Source of the DNA: Actinomycetes bacterium | GTDB lineage: Bacteria > Actinomycetota > Acidimicrobiia > Acidimicrobiales > JAKAOS01 | NCBI GenBank assembly: GCA_021791675.1 | Contig: JAJYWE010000004.1 | Location: 28,054-92,053 of the forward strand | Direction: 5' to 3' | DNA: 64,000 bases | Position numbers and translations under genes: made by a program | Shown: positions 19,694 through 26,972 of the stretch, piece by piece | How the letters are laid out: each line of letters starts with the position of its first letter | How positions within the stretch are numbered: position 1 is the stretch's first letter | Notes under the pieces: model-generated | What the model was told of the DNA's origin: nothing | What the model saw: only the letters and a program-made list of their open reading frames with translations | Databases searched by the model: none

Positions 19694-19853
19694 GAACAGA
19701 CCATGAACACTCTCCCCGCCCGCCGTGCGTGTTCAAGATGTGTTCGCGGCCGCAGGGAGGCCTGCCGGTCGTGTTCGCGATCTGTTCACGGCGCCAGCGG
19801 GGCGCCTACCAGGTGTTCATACCGGCGCTGACGTGCGTGTTCACGATCTGTTC
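19694..19853. repeat. array of TGTTC/GAACA pentamers (7 direct, 2 inverted)
   Basis: TGTTC at 19730, 19741, 19772, 19783, 19814, 19838 and 19849; GAACA at 19694 and 19705. Three pairs are spaced 11 bp apart. Lies in the 514-bp gap upstream of the 19644 gene. Confidence 0.7.
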
Positions 19854-20158
19854 ATCGGTGTTGACGTTGCTGTCGGCCACGTCGCGAATATCCGGTGGGC
19901 GGCGGGCCACGACGACGTGGGGAGCGCCGACGGCGCCGTCTTCTTCGAGCAGGAGCCGAGTCCCTTTCCGGTGGTCGTTGCGCGTCGCCTCCGGCGCACC
20001 CCATCGCCGACTGGAGCAACCTGCCGGTGTCCGCGGGGCCGTCGAAGAGCTCCGCCGAGGCCGCCGGGCAGCTCGGCGTAGGCAGGCGGGACGACCTCCA
20101 CCCGCCCCGGGCGAGGGTCAGGCGAGGTTGAAGGCCGACCCGACGGGTCTGCTCGGAG

Positions 20159-20593
20159 TCAGCTGTTGAGGTAGTCGCTGATCACCAGGCTGGTCAGCAC
20201 CGCAGCGCCCCGTCGCCGCGGCGATGCCGCCAACGGGAGGACCCGCACGCCCGCCGTCGCCAGGCGCTTCTCGATCCATGCCCGCTGGTTTGGGTCTCGG
20301 CAGAGGCGGTCGAGGTCGTCGACGACCACGATCTCGAACCAGCCGGCTGCGGCGTCGGCGAGCAGGCGGCCCAGGCCCGGCCGGTCGAGCCGGCCGGAGC
20401 CGACATCGGCGTAGCCGGCGACCAGGTGCCAGCCGGGCCGGGCGGCCACCACCGAGGCGAGGTGGGACTGGCGGCGCTCCAGGTTGGACGGGCGGTGCCG
20501 GTCCACGGCGACCACCCGGGTGTAGGCGGCGACCCCGACCGCCGGCCGCGGGTAGACGGCCTCCCCTTGCCCGCGCCCTGGGTTACCTGTCAC
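20159..20593 (-). CDS. stand-alone serine-recombinase catalytic-domain homologue lacking the nucleophile serine
   Basis: GTG at 20593 (GTGA overlap). VAAYTRVVAVD aligns with the YxRVST motif (the LSR at 23761 has VATYTRISTDE); DRPGLGRLLADAAAGWFEIVVVDDLDRLCR is classic resolvase. Confidence 0.65.
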   Translation of the reverse strand: MTGNPGRGQGEAVYPRPAVGVAAYTRVVAVDRHRPSNLERRQSHLASVVAARPGWHLVAGYADVGSGRLDRPGLGRLLADAAAGWFEIVVVDDLDRLCRDPNQRAWIEKRLATAGVRVLPLAASPRRRGAAVLTSLVISDYLNS

Positions 20594-21165
20594 CGTGGCT
20601 CGCCGGTCTGGGCGTGGCGGTAGCGGCGCGGCCCGGCCGTTGTCTGCACGGCGAGCCCGTCTTCGACCATGCGGGCGAGAGCGTTGCCGATCGCCCCGGC
20701 ACTGCGACCCAGCAGGGACCCAAGGCGGCTGGGAGTGAACTCCACCTCGGGCTCCGCGGCGAGGTGTGCGGCGACCAGCGCCCGTAGCTGCCCTCGCCCG
20801 AGGTGCCCCTCGACGCCCCGATCCCCGTCGGGGAGAACTGCGCTCCGGTCCGTTCGAGCGAGCTGTAGCTGATCTGCGGTGGTGAGCGCCGGTTGTGGCA
20901 GGGACCAGCGGTCGGCCAGCCGCCGGCCCCGTTCCCGCCCGCCGGGGCTGCGCGCCACCCGGTGGTCTGCGCCGAGGGCGGCGAGCGCCTTGGTCACCGT
21001 CGAGCGGCCCAGGCCTGTCGCCACCGCCACCTCCTCGGCGGTGGTGCCGGGACTGCCAGCGAGAGCGGCGAGCACCGCCTCGCTGGTAGCGGTGCCGCCC
21101 CCAGGGCGCCCATCCCGGGCGGCGCTGCTCGGGGAACGCTGCGGTGCTGCGGTGGTCACGGTCAT
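20590..21165 (-). CDS. double winged-helix (MarR-like) DNA-binding protein
   Basis: Two wHTH-like units: TTAEEVAVATGLGRSTVTKALAAL and SRLGSLLGRSAGAIGNALARMVEDGL. Confidence 0.6.
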   Translation of the reverse strand: MTVTTAAPQRSPSSAARDGRPGGGTATSEAVLAALAGSPGTTAEEVAVATGLGRSTVTKALAALGADHRVARSPGGRERGRRLADRWSLPQPALTTADQLQLARTDRSAVLPDGDRGVEGHLGRGQLRALVAAHLAAEPEVEFTPSRLGSLLGRSAGAIGNALARMVEDGLAVQTTAGPRRYRHAQTGEPR

Positions 21166-21266
21166 GGTTGTCCTCCCTCGGACGGTGGCTTCTTTCCTTC
21201 CGAGGACCTACCTCCACTGCGGCGGGCACCTCAAGGCCTGCCGCCGAAGAAGTTTCCCGAAGTCGT

Positions 21267-21301
21267 GGTGTCGCGTTTGGGCCGAAAACGCGGATTGGAG
21301 G
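21267..21301 (+). promoter_or_regulatory. 35-bp palindrome-containing element, copy 2 (35 nt upstream of methyltransferase 1)
   Basis: GGTGTCGCGTTTGGGCCGAAAACGCGGATTGGAGG. Same orientation relative to its downstream gene as copy 1. Confidence 0.6.
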
Positions 21302-21335
21302 GTGTCGGCGCAACCGATGGCCCAGGGCCCAGCCC

Positions 21336-22313
21336 ATGCCAATCTCCCCGTCTTCTCCGTCTCCTGTTCCCCCTCCGACCTCGACCGAGGACGAGGCGGT
21401 CCCGCTCACCGTGTGGCCGGTCGCCCAGGTCTCCGCGCAGCACCAGCGCGCCGGGCGCTACCTGCCCAGCTGCGCCGCCCATCCCGGCAAGATGATCCCC
21501 GCCCTCGCCCGGCGCATCATCGAGGCCTACTCGGCGCCCGGAGACCTGGTCCTCGACCCGATGGCAGGGGTCGGCACAACCCTCATCGAGGCCGCCGCGC
21601 TCGGCCGGCGCTGCGTCGGTGTCGAGCTCGAGGACCGCTGGGTGACCCTCGCCCGTGCCAACCTCGACCACGTCCTGCCCTCGCCAGCCCGATCGCTGGC
21701 CGAGGTGCGCCAGGGTGACGCCCGGTCCCTTCCGGGCCTGCTCGGCGACCTCGCCGGCCGGGTCGACCTGATCATCACCTCCCCGCCGTATGCCTGTGAC
21801 GCGGGGGTGATCGACAAGGGCGCATGGCTCGCGGGGGCGAGGCTGTGTGACCGGGAGAGCCTGAACTACTCGACCAGCCGCAACAATCTCGGCCACGCCC
21901 GAGGCGAGGCCTACCTCGCCGAGATGGCCCAGGTGTACGCCGGGTGCTGCACGGTGTTGCGCCCCGGCGGGCTGATGGTCACGGTGACCAAGAACATGCG
22001 CCGCAGCGGCCGCCTCGTCGACCTGGCAGGGATCACCGTGAGTCTCGCCCATGACGCCGGGTTCGCCTACCTCCAGCACGTGATCGCCCTGCTCGGCGCG
22101 GTCCGCGACAGCGAGCTGGTCGCACACCCGAGTTTCTGGCAGCTGCGCCAGACTCGCCTCGCCAGGGCGAACGGCCACCCGGTGCACCTCACCGTGCACG
22201 AGGACGTCCTGGTCTTCCAGACGCCGGCATGTCCCTCGACTTCAGCGCAACCTCACGATCAGCGTGCCGTCGCCGAGGCCGGGCCGGCCGAGGGAGGAGC
22301 GATCCGTGGCTGA
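21336..22313 (+). CDS. SAM-dependent amino-methyltransferase (SPPY motif), paralogue 1
   Basis: Motif I VLDPMAGVGTT and motif IV ITSPPY. The track start at 21144 overlaps the divergent gene, so it is trimmed to ATG at 21336. Confidence 0.8.
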   Translation: MPISPSSPSPVPPPTSTEDEAVPLTVWPVAQVSAQHQRAGRYLPSCAAHPGKMIPALARRIIEAYSAPGDLVLDPMAGVGTTLIEAAALGRRCVGVELEDRWVTLARANLDHVLPSPARSLAEVRQGDARSLPGLLGDLAGRVDLIITSPPYACDAGVIDKGAWLAGARLCDRESLNYSTSRNNLGHARGEAYLAEMAQVYAGCCTVLRPGGLMVTVTKNMRRSGRLVDLAGITVSLAHDAGFAYLQHVIALLGAVRDSELVAHPSFWQLRQTRLARANGHPVHLTVHEDVLVFQTPACPSTSAQPHDQRAVAEAGPAEGGAIRG

Positions 22314-23238
22314 GCCCACCCGCCGCTGCGAGCTGCCGCTGTCGGTGTGGCCGACCGCCCAGCAGACCTCCCGGACCCAGCGGACCGGGCGTTACCTGCC
22401 CGAGTCGACCGCCCATCCGGCCCGGATGCTGCCCGCCACCGCCCGGCGGGCCATCGAGGCCTACACCGCCCCCGGCGAAGTTGTGCTCGACCCGATGTGC
22501 GGGATCGGCACCACCCTGGTCGAAGCCATCCACCTCGGCCGCCAAGCGGTCGGCGTGGAGTACGAGCCCCGCTGGGCCGACCTGGCCAGAGCGAACCTGA
22601 TCGACGCAGAGACCGGCGGCGCCGCGGGCGACTGGCAGGTTCACACCGGCGACGCCCGTAGCCTCCACCACCTGATCGACACGGCGCTCGCCGGCCGGGT
22701 GGCGTTGGTGCTCACCTCCCCGCCCTACGGGTCCTCCCTGCACGGGCAGGTCCGGGCTCGCCCAGGCCAGGGGGTGGCCAAGGCGGACTGCGCTTACTCG
22801 GCCGACCGGGCCAACCTCGCCCACGTCGGCACCGACAAGCTCCTCGCCGGCTTCACCGACATCCTCGCCGCCTGCGTGCCCTTGCTGCGCCCCGGCGGGA
22901 TCGTGGCGGTCACCGCCCGCCCCTGGCGCAGCCGCGGCGCGCTGGTCGACCTGCCCTCCGCCGTGTTCGCCGCCGGTGAGGCCGCCGGACTGCTCCCCTA
23001 CGAACGCCTCGTCGCGCTGCTGGTCGGGCTGCGCGGCGACACCCTGGTGCCCCGGGCGAGCTTCTTCGCTCTCGACCAGGTCCGCAAAGCCCGCCGGCGG
23101 GGCTGCCCACTGCGGGTGATCGCCCACGAGGACGTCCTCGTGCTGCGCAAACCGTCAAAGCACATGGGTTCAGGGGGATCGAAGGAGCTTCGACGCGAGC
23201 CTGGATGCAGGGCGAGCACGTCGGTGGTGGCACCGTGA
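22264..23238 (+). CDS. SAM-dependent amino-methyltransferase (SPPY motif), paralogue 2
   Basis: VLDPMCGIGTT and LTSPPY; co-linear similarity to paralogue 1 throughout. An alternative GTG start at 22306 overlaps the upstream stop. Confidence 0.8.
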   Translation: MPSPRPGRPREERSVAEPTRRCELPLSVWPTAQQTSRTQRTGRYLPESTAHPARMLPATARRAIEAYTAPGEVVLDPMCGIGTTLVEAIHLGRQAVGVEYEPRWADLARANLIDAETGGAAGDWQVHTGDARSLHHLIDTALAGRVALVLTSPPYGSSLHGQVRARPGQGVAKADCAYSADRANLAHVGTDKLLAGFTDILAACVPLLRPGGIVAVTARPWRSRGALVDLPSAVFAAGEAAGLLPYERLVALLVGLRGDTLVPRASFFALDQVRKARRRGCPLRVIAHEDVLVLRKPSKHMGSGGSKELRREPGCRASTSVVAP

Positions 23239-23474
23239 CCGCTGCCGAGGGCGGGATCACCGGCGAAGCGGACCCGAGGGAAGGGACCGTCGCCGGCGCC
23301 GACCACGCCTGCCAGCGGCCGGGGAACCACCGGCACGGTCGGCACCGCGCTGCGCCCGGGATCACTCTGGCGCCGGTCGAGGCGGCCCCCCTCGACGCCG
23401 AGCACGAACGCCTGGCGTTGGTCTACCTGGCCGAGTTGCTCGCACCGCTGTTCGGCTCCGACGGCTCGGCCTGA
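23235..23474 (+). CDS. small hypothetical ORF coupled to methyltransferase 2
   Basis: GTG at 23235 forms a GTGA overlap with the stop at 23236-23238. Only the C-terminal LDAEHERLALVYLAELLAPLF looks protein-like. Confidence 0.3.
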   Translation: MTAAEGGITGEADPREGTVAGADHACQRPGNHRHGRHRAAPGITLAPVEAAPLDAEHERLALVYLAELLAPLFGSDGSA

Positions 23475-23524
23475 ACGAGGGCCGACTGCACGCTCAGCCC
23501 AGAGCCGGCACGGTGATGTCTCGA

Positions 23525-23560
23525 AACGGGGCGAGTGGGCCTTGATCCGCCCGCCCCGTT
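23525..23560 (+). terminator. GC-rich hairpin downstream of the methyltransferase cluster
   Basis: AACGGGGCG (23525-23533) pairs with CGCCCCGTT (23552-23560). No U-tract. Confidence 0.35.
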
Positions 23561-23608
23561 GAGGTCTCCTCGGGTCAGCCATAACCAACAGAGCAGAGGA
23601 GAAACGAC

Positions 23609-23764
23609 ATGCGGCTCGCCACTGACACCCAGGTCGCCATACCCGACCGGTACCGATCGGTCGGAGTGGGCCGCCAAGGCCACCTCGTCGCCCGGCCAGC
23701 GCCGCCCGTCCCCGGCCCCGGTGGGGAGGAGCCGGCCGGCGCGGTCAGCGGGGTGGGGCGGTGA
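23609..23764 (+). CDS. 51-aa ORF translationally coupled to the serine recombinase
   Basis: GAGGAG lies 7 nt upstream of ATG at 23609; the stop forms a GTGA overlap with the recombinase GTG at 23761. Below the ORF-track size cutoff; own translation MRLATDTQVAIPDRYRSVGVGRQGHLV... Confidence 0.35.
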   Translation: MRLATDTQVAIPDRYRSVGVGRQGHLVARPAPPVPGPGGEEPAGAVSGVGR

Positions 23765-25644
23765 GAGTCGCCACCTACACCCGGATCTCCACCGACGAGG
23801 CCCACCAGCCCTACTCCCTCGAAGCCCAGGCCACCCGGCTCGGCTCCTACATCGCCAGCCAGGACGACTGGAGCTTGGTCCGCCAGTTCTCCGACCAGGC
23901 CTCCGGGGCGAGCACCGAGCGCCCCGAGCTCACCCGGGCACTCACCGAGGCCCGAGCCGGACGCTTCGACCTGCTCCTCGTCTACCGGGTGGACCGCTTC
24001 GCCCGCTCGGTGCGCGGCCTGGCCACCCTCCTCGAGCAACTGGACTCTGCTGGGGTGGCGTTCCGCTCGGCCACCGAACCCTTCGACACCGCCACTCCCG
24101 CCGGGCGGATGATGGTCCAGATGCTCGGGGTGTTCGCCGAGTTCGAACGCTCGACGATCATCGACCGGGTCATCGCCGGCATGGAACGCAAAGCCGCCCG
24201 AGGCGAATGGTGCGGAGGGTCCCGCCCCTACGGCTACGCCATCGACCCGGCCAGCGGCCACCTCGTCCCCGTGGAGACCGAGGAGCCTGTCGTCAAGGCC
24301 ATCTTCGACCGCTACACCCGCGGCCGGGCGGGCTTGAAGACCGTCGCCAACTGGCTCAACACCCGAGGCCATCGCACCAAGAGCGGCAGGCCCTGGAACC
24401 ACATGGCCGTGCTCACCGTGCTGAGAAACCGGGCCTACCTGGGTGAGGTGTACTTCCGGGACGCCTACCACCCCGCCCCACACCGCCCGCTGGTCGATCC
24501 CGACACCTTCGATCTCGCGCAGCGTATCCTCGCCACCCGGGGCGAGGACTACTCGCATCGGGCCGCCAACGCCAGCGACTACCTGCTCGCCGGGCTGCTC
24601 ACCTGCGCCAGCTGCGGCAAGCGTTTCGTCGGCACCGCCGCGCATGGCAACCGCTACCGGTACCGCTACTACACCTGCTTCTCCCGCCAGCGCTACGGCA
24701 CCGACACCTGCAACGCCGAACGCCTCCCCGCCGACGCCCTCGACACCGCAGTCCTCAACGCCCTCCTCGACACCTACACCCGAACCGACCTGTTCGAAAC
24801 AGCATTGGCCGCCGGGGCCGAACGCGCCGGGGCGGTACGGGCCCAACACCAAGCCGAGCTCGCCGTCGTCGACGCCGAGGCCGCCCGGACCGAGGAGGCC
24901 ATCGAGCGCTACCTGCTCGCCTTCGAAGCCGGCACCCTGCCCGAAGCCCAATGCGGGCAGCGCATCCGGACCCTCGGCGCCAAAGCTGCCGAGCTGCGCA
25001 CCCGGCGGGCCGAGCTGGTCGATCTGATCGCCGCCGCCAAGGAACCCGAGGCGCAGCGGGCCACCCTCGACGCCATCCGCGACCACCTCGCCGAGACGAT
25101 CCGAAGTGGCGAGGCCGCCACCAAGAAGGGTCTCCTGCAGAACCTCGTCCACGACATCCGCGTCGAAGGCCGCCACAACATCAAGCCGTACTTCCGCCTA
25201 CCCATCGGGCCCACGACGGTGACGAACCCTGACCCCTCCACGCAGGGCCAAAAGGTTCGTACACCGTCAGGACCGGTGCCCCCGGCAGGACTCGAACCTG
25301 CGACCCGCTGCTTAGAAGGCGTCATGCGGGGCATCCACGGACGTCCAGGACCATATTTGGCCTGCCCAAACAGATCTGGAGCGAGCCCCACGACACCCCC
25401 TCTTCGCCCCCGGTGGCTACCGCTGTGGCTACCACCAACTCGACTACCTTCTCGGCTCAAGTCGTCGACCCCCTCGAGGCGGCTCGGTGCCAGTTCTCCC
25501 ACTCGTCGAGCCACCGTCGCTCCGCGGAGCGGCACGCCGCGACCCCGCTCGCCAACCCAGGGGGCCATCCTTCTGCGTAGCCCTGAGGGTCCTGCTCTCG
25601 CCAGCGCTGATAGTTGGCATTGTGGGCCGCTGTTCGTCTCCTGA
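23761..25644 (+). CDS. large serine recombinase (functional 3' end uncertain: the frame reads through the att/tRNA fragment)
   Basis: VATYTRISTDE nucleophile motif, a recombinase domain, a zinc ribbon CASCGKRF...YYTCFSRQRYGTDTC and a coiled coil. No stop occurs before 25642-25644. Confidence 0.9.
   Translation: MRVATYTRISTDEAHQPYSLEAQATRLGSYIASQDDWSLVRQFSDQASGASTERPELTRALTEARAGRFDLLLVYRVDRFARSVRGLATLLEQLDSAGVAFRSATEPFDTATPAGRMMVQMLGVFAEFERSTIIDRVIAGMERKAARGEWCGGSRPYGYAIDPASGHLVPVETEEPVVKAIFDRYTRGRAGLKTVANWLNTRGHRTKSGRPWNHMAVLTVLRNRAYLGEVYFRDAYHPAPHRPLVDPDTFDLAQRILATRGEDYSHRAANASDYLLAGLLTCASCGKRFVGTAAHGNRYRYRYYTCFSRQRYGTDTCNAERLPADALDTAVLNALLDTYTRTDLFETALAAGAERAGAVRAQHQAELAVVDAEAARTEEAIERYLLAFEAGTLPEAQCGQRIRTLGAKAAELRTRRAELVDLIAAAKEPEAQRATLDAIRDHLAETIRSGEAATKKGLLQNLVHDIRVEGRHNIKPYFRLPIGPTTVTNPDPSTQGQKVRTPSGPVPPAGLEPATRCLEGVMRGIHGRPGPYLACPNRSGASPTTPPLRPRWLPLWLPPTRLPSRLKSSTPSRRLGASSPTRRATVAPRSGTPRPRSPTQGAILLRSPEGPALASADSWHCGPLFVS
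25278..25320 (-). repeat. distal att repeat: 43-bp copy of the tRNA-Arg 3' half
   Basis: Identical to 53231-53273. Lacks the 5' half of the tRNA, so it is not a functional tRNA. Confidence 0.9.
25413..25433 (+). promoter_or_regulatory. putative integrase arm-type sites, distal end
   Basis: GTGGCTACC at 25413 and 25425 (12-bp spacing); related CGACTACC at 25441. Confidence 0.45.
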
Positions 25645-26044
25645 GCTCCTTCCAGGCGACGCAGGCCTGGTCCGCCGCGGTCGCGACGCCCGCCACCATT
25701 GTGCGAACGCTGTCCTCGATGGCCCGATGCCGGGTCTCGGGCTCACTTCGGCACCAACCGACCTCATAGCTGAGCATCCGAAGCTGTTCGGAGGCTTCGT
25801 ACAGCCGGTGGTAGTAACGAGTGCTCGCGTCCGCGCGAGCGATGTGGGCGACTCGGGAGATCTCCAGGATCGCTCGGTTCCGAGCAGTCACGACGGTTCG
25901 CGTGAGGATTGCGTTCGGCCACACGAGCTGTCGGTTCGGGCCGTCTTCCTGGTCCCTGATCCACGTCACCGACGCGAAGGAGGCCTCCACGAACGCAGAA
26001 AGCGCGTCGAGCGACTGTCGGTCGAGTTCGAGGGAGTGGGCCAT
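25457..26044 (-). CDS. hypothetical protein (cargo, lower-GC segment)
   Basis: 195-aa ORF with balanced, helix-rich composition (many E/R/W/Y). No family recognised. Confidence 0.55.
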   Translation of the reverse strand: MAHSLELDRQSLDALSAFVEASFASVTWIRDQEDGPNRQLVWPNAILTRTVVTARNRAILEISRVAHIARADASTRYYHRLYEASEQLRMLSYEVGWCRSEPETRHRAIEDSVRTMVAGVATAADQACVAWKELRRRTAAHNANYQRWREQDPQGYAEGWPPGLASGVAACRSAERRWLDEWENWHRAASRGSTT

Positions 26045-26087
26045 GTTCGTGTTCGATCAGACAACAGGGGACTGGAGACACCCCACC

Positions 26088-26780
26088 TCAGGAGACATGC
26101 ATTCGCAGATCCCGAGAGGACCGAGCATCGCTAACCGAGAAGAGGATTACATCTACAGTCGTTTCAGCGGTATTCGACCCCTGCACACCCACTCCATTCA
26201 TCTCGGAGCTACCAAAGGCCCGAAGGGTCCATGTCCCAGCAGCTTCTTCCGGCAAGCCGGTATACGTTCGATTGCAGGAGTTCGAGGTGTCGATGAGATC
26301 CCTGCATGGGGATAGGTTGACTTCATAAAGCGTGCCATGAGGATCGATCAGATCAAGGGTCAGTGTGACTGTTGCGGGTGAAGACTGTTTTCCGACCCAC
26401 GCGTTCGAGGTTATCGCAGCGTTGATCACGTCGATTCCACCCACGAGCCCAAACCTCACATATGCATTGCTGTAGCCTCCTCCTCCGCCACAGCACTCGA
26501 TCTGAGGATGAACAGCAGGCTGCGGGAGAGTGGCGGCACTCGCAAGAGTTGGCTGGGCGAGCAGCAGGATGGCCGACGTCATAAGTGACGTCGCAACCAC
26601 TAGAGACGTTCTTACCAACGCATGCCCTATGGTCTGTAGAGATGCCGGAATGCGCCCGCTCGGCATATGCGCTTGGTGGTTGATTGTACGAACTCCGACC
26701 CCCACGACACTCCTCCTTCTTCCTCTTGGGCGTGTGGTAACAATGGCGCCCATATATGGGCAGCCCCAAAACCAGCTCAA
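26088..26780 (-). CDS. secreted hypothetical protein (cargo, lower-GC segment)
   Basis: Hydrophobic signal LVVATSLMTSAILLLAQPTLASA, Cys-containing beta-rich body. Start ambiguous (26780, or ATG at 26666). Confidence 0.5.
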   Translation of the reverse strand: MSWFWGCPYMGAIVTTRPRGRRRSVVGVGVRTINHQAHMPSGRIPASLQTIGHALVRTSLVVATSLMTSAILLLAQPTLASAATLPQPAVHPQIECCGGGGGYSNAYVRFGLVGGIDVINAAITSNAWVGKQSSPATVTLTLDLIDPHGTLYEVNLSPCRDLIDTSNSCNRTYTGLPEEAAGTWTLRAFGSSEMNGVGVQGSNTAETTVDVILFSVSDARSSRDLRMHVS

Positions 26781-26972
26781 CAGCTCAGTGCAATACTGTT
26801 CCGAAGGTAGCGCTCGTCGGCCGGCAGGTCAAACAAAAAGCGCCCGGGCATGACCAAGCTCGATCAACGCCCTTACCGCAGGGCGGAGTCAAAGTAGCTA
26901 AGGAACTGCTCTGACCTGGACTGACGCGTCGGCACTGGCGCGAGACCCCTCCCGGGTGCTACAAGCTGGGGG

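Larger units (their letters stand above)
9909..25277 (-). mobile_element. Element A: T4SS-type integrative conjugative element core; left boundary not determinable (may include the Tad locus or lie beyond the window)
   Basis: Contiguous VirB1/VirD4/VirB4/VirB6/VirB2-like genes, a replication-relaxation protein, methyltransferases and a large serine recombinase. It ends at the tRNA-Arg-derived repeat at 25278. Confidence 0.6.

Noticed and set aside
21336-23764. Restriction endonuclease partner for the two methyltransferases
   Set aside because: I looked for an adjacent ORF with nuclease-like motifs (PD-(D/E)xK, HNH). Only two small low-complexity ORFs are present, so the methyltransferases are treated as orphan. 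A partner elsewhere cannot be excluded.
23575-25176. 533-aa minus-strand ORF antisense to the serine recombinase
   Set aside because: It is G/V/A/E-rich with no motifs. The plus frame has unambiguous recombinase motifs.
25278-25320. Possible second tRNA-Arg gene
   Set aside because: Only the 3' 43 nt are present, with no acceptor 5' strand or D arm. It is an att remnant.
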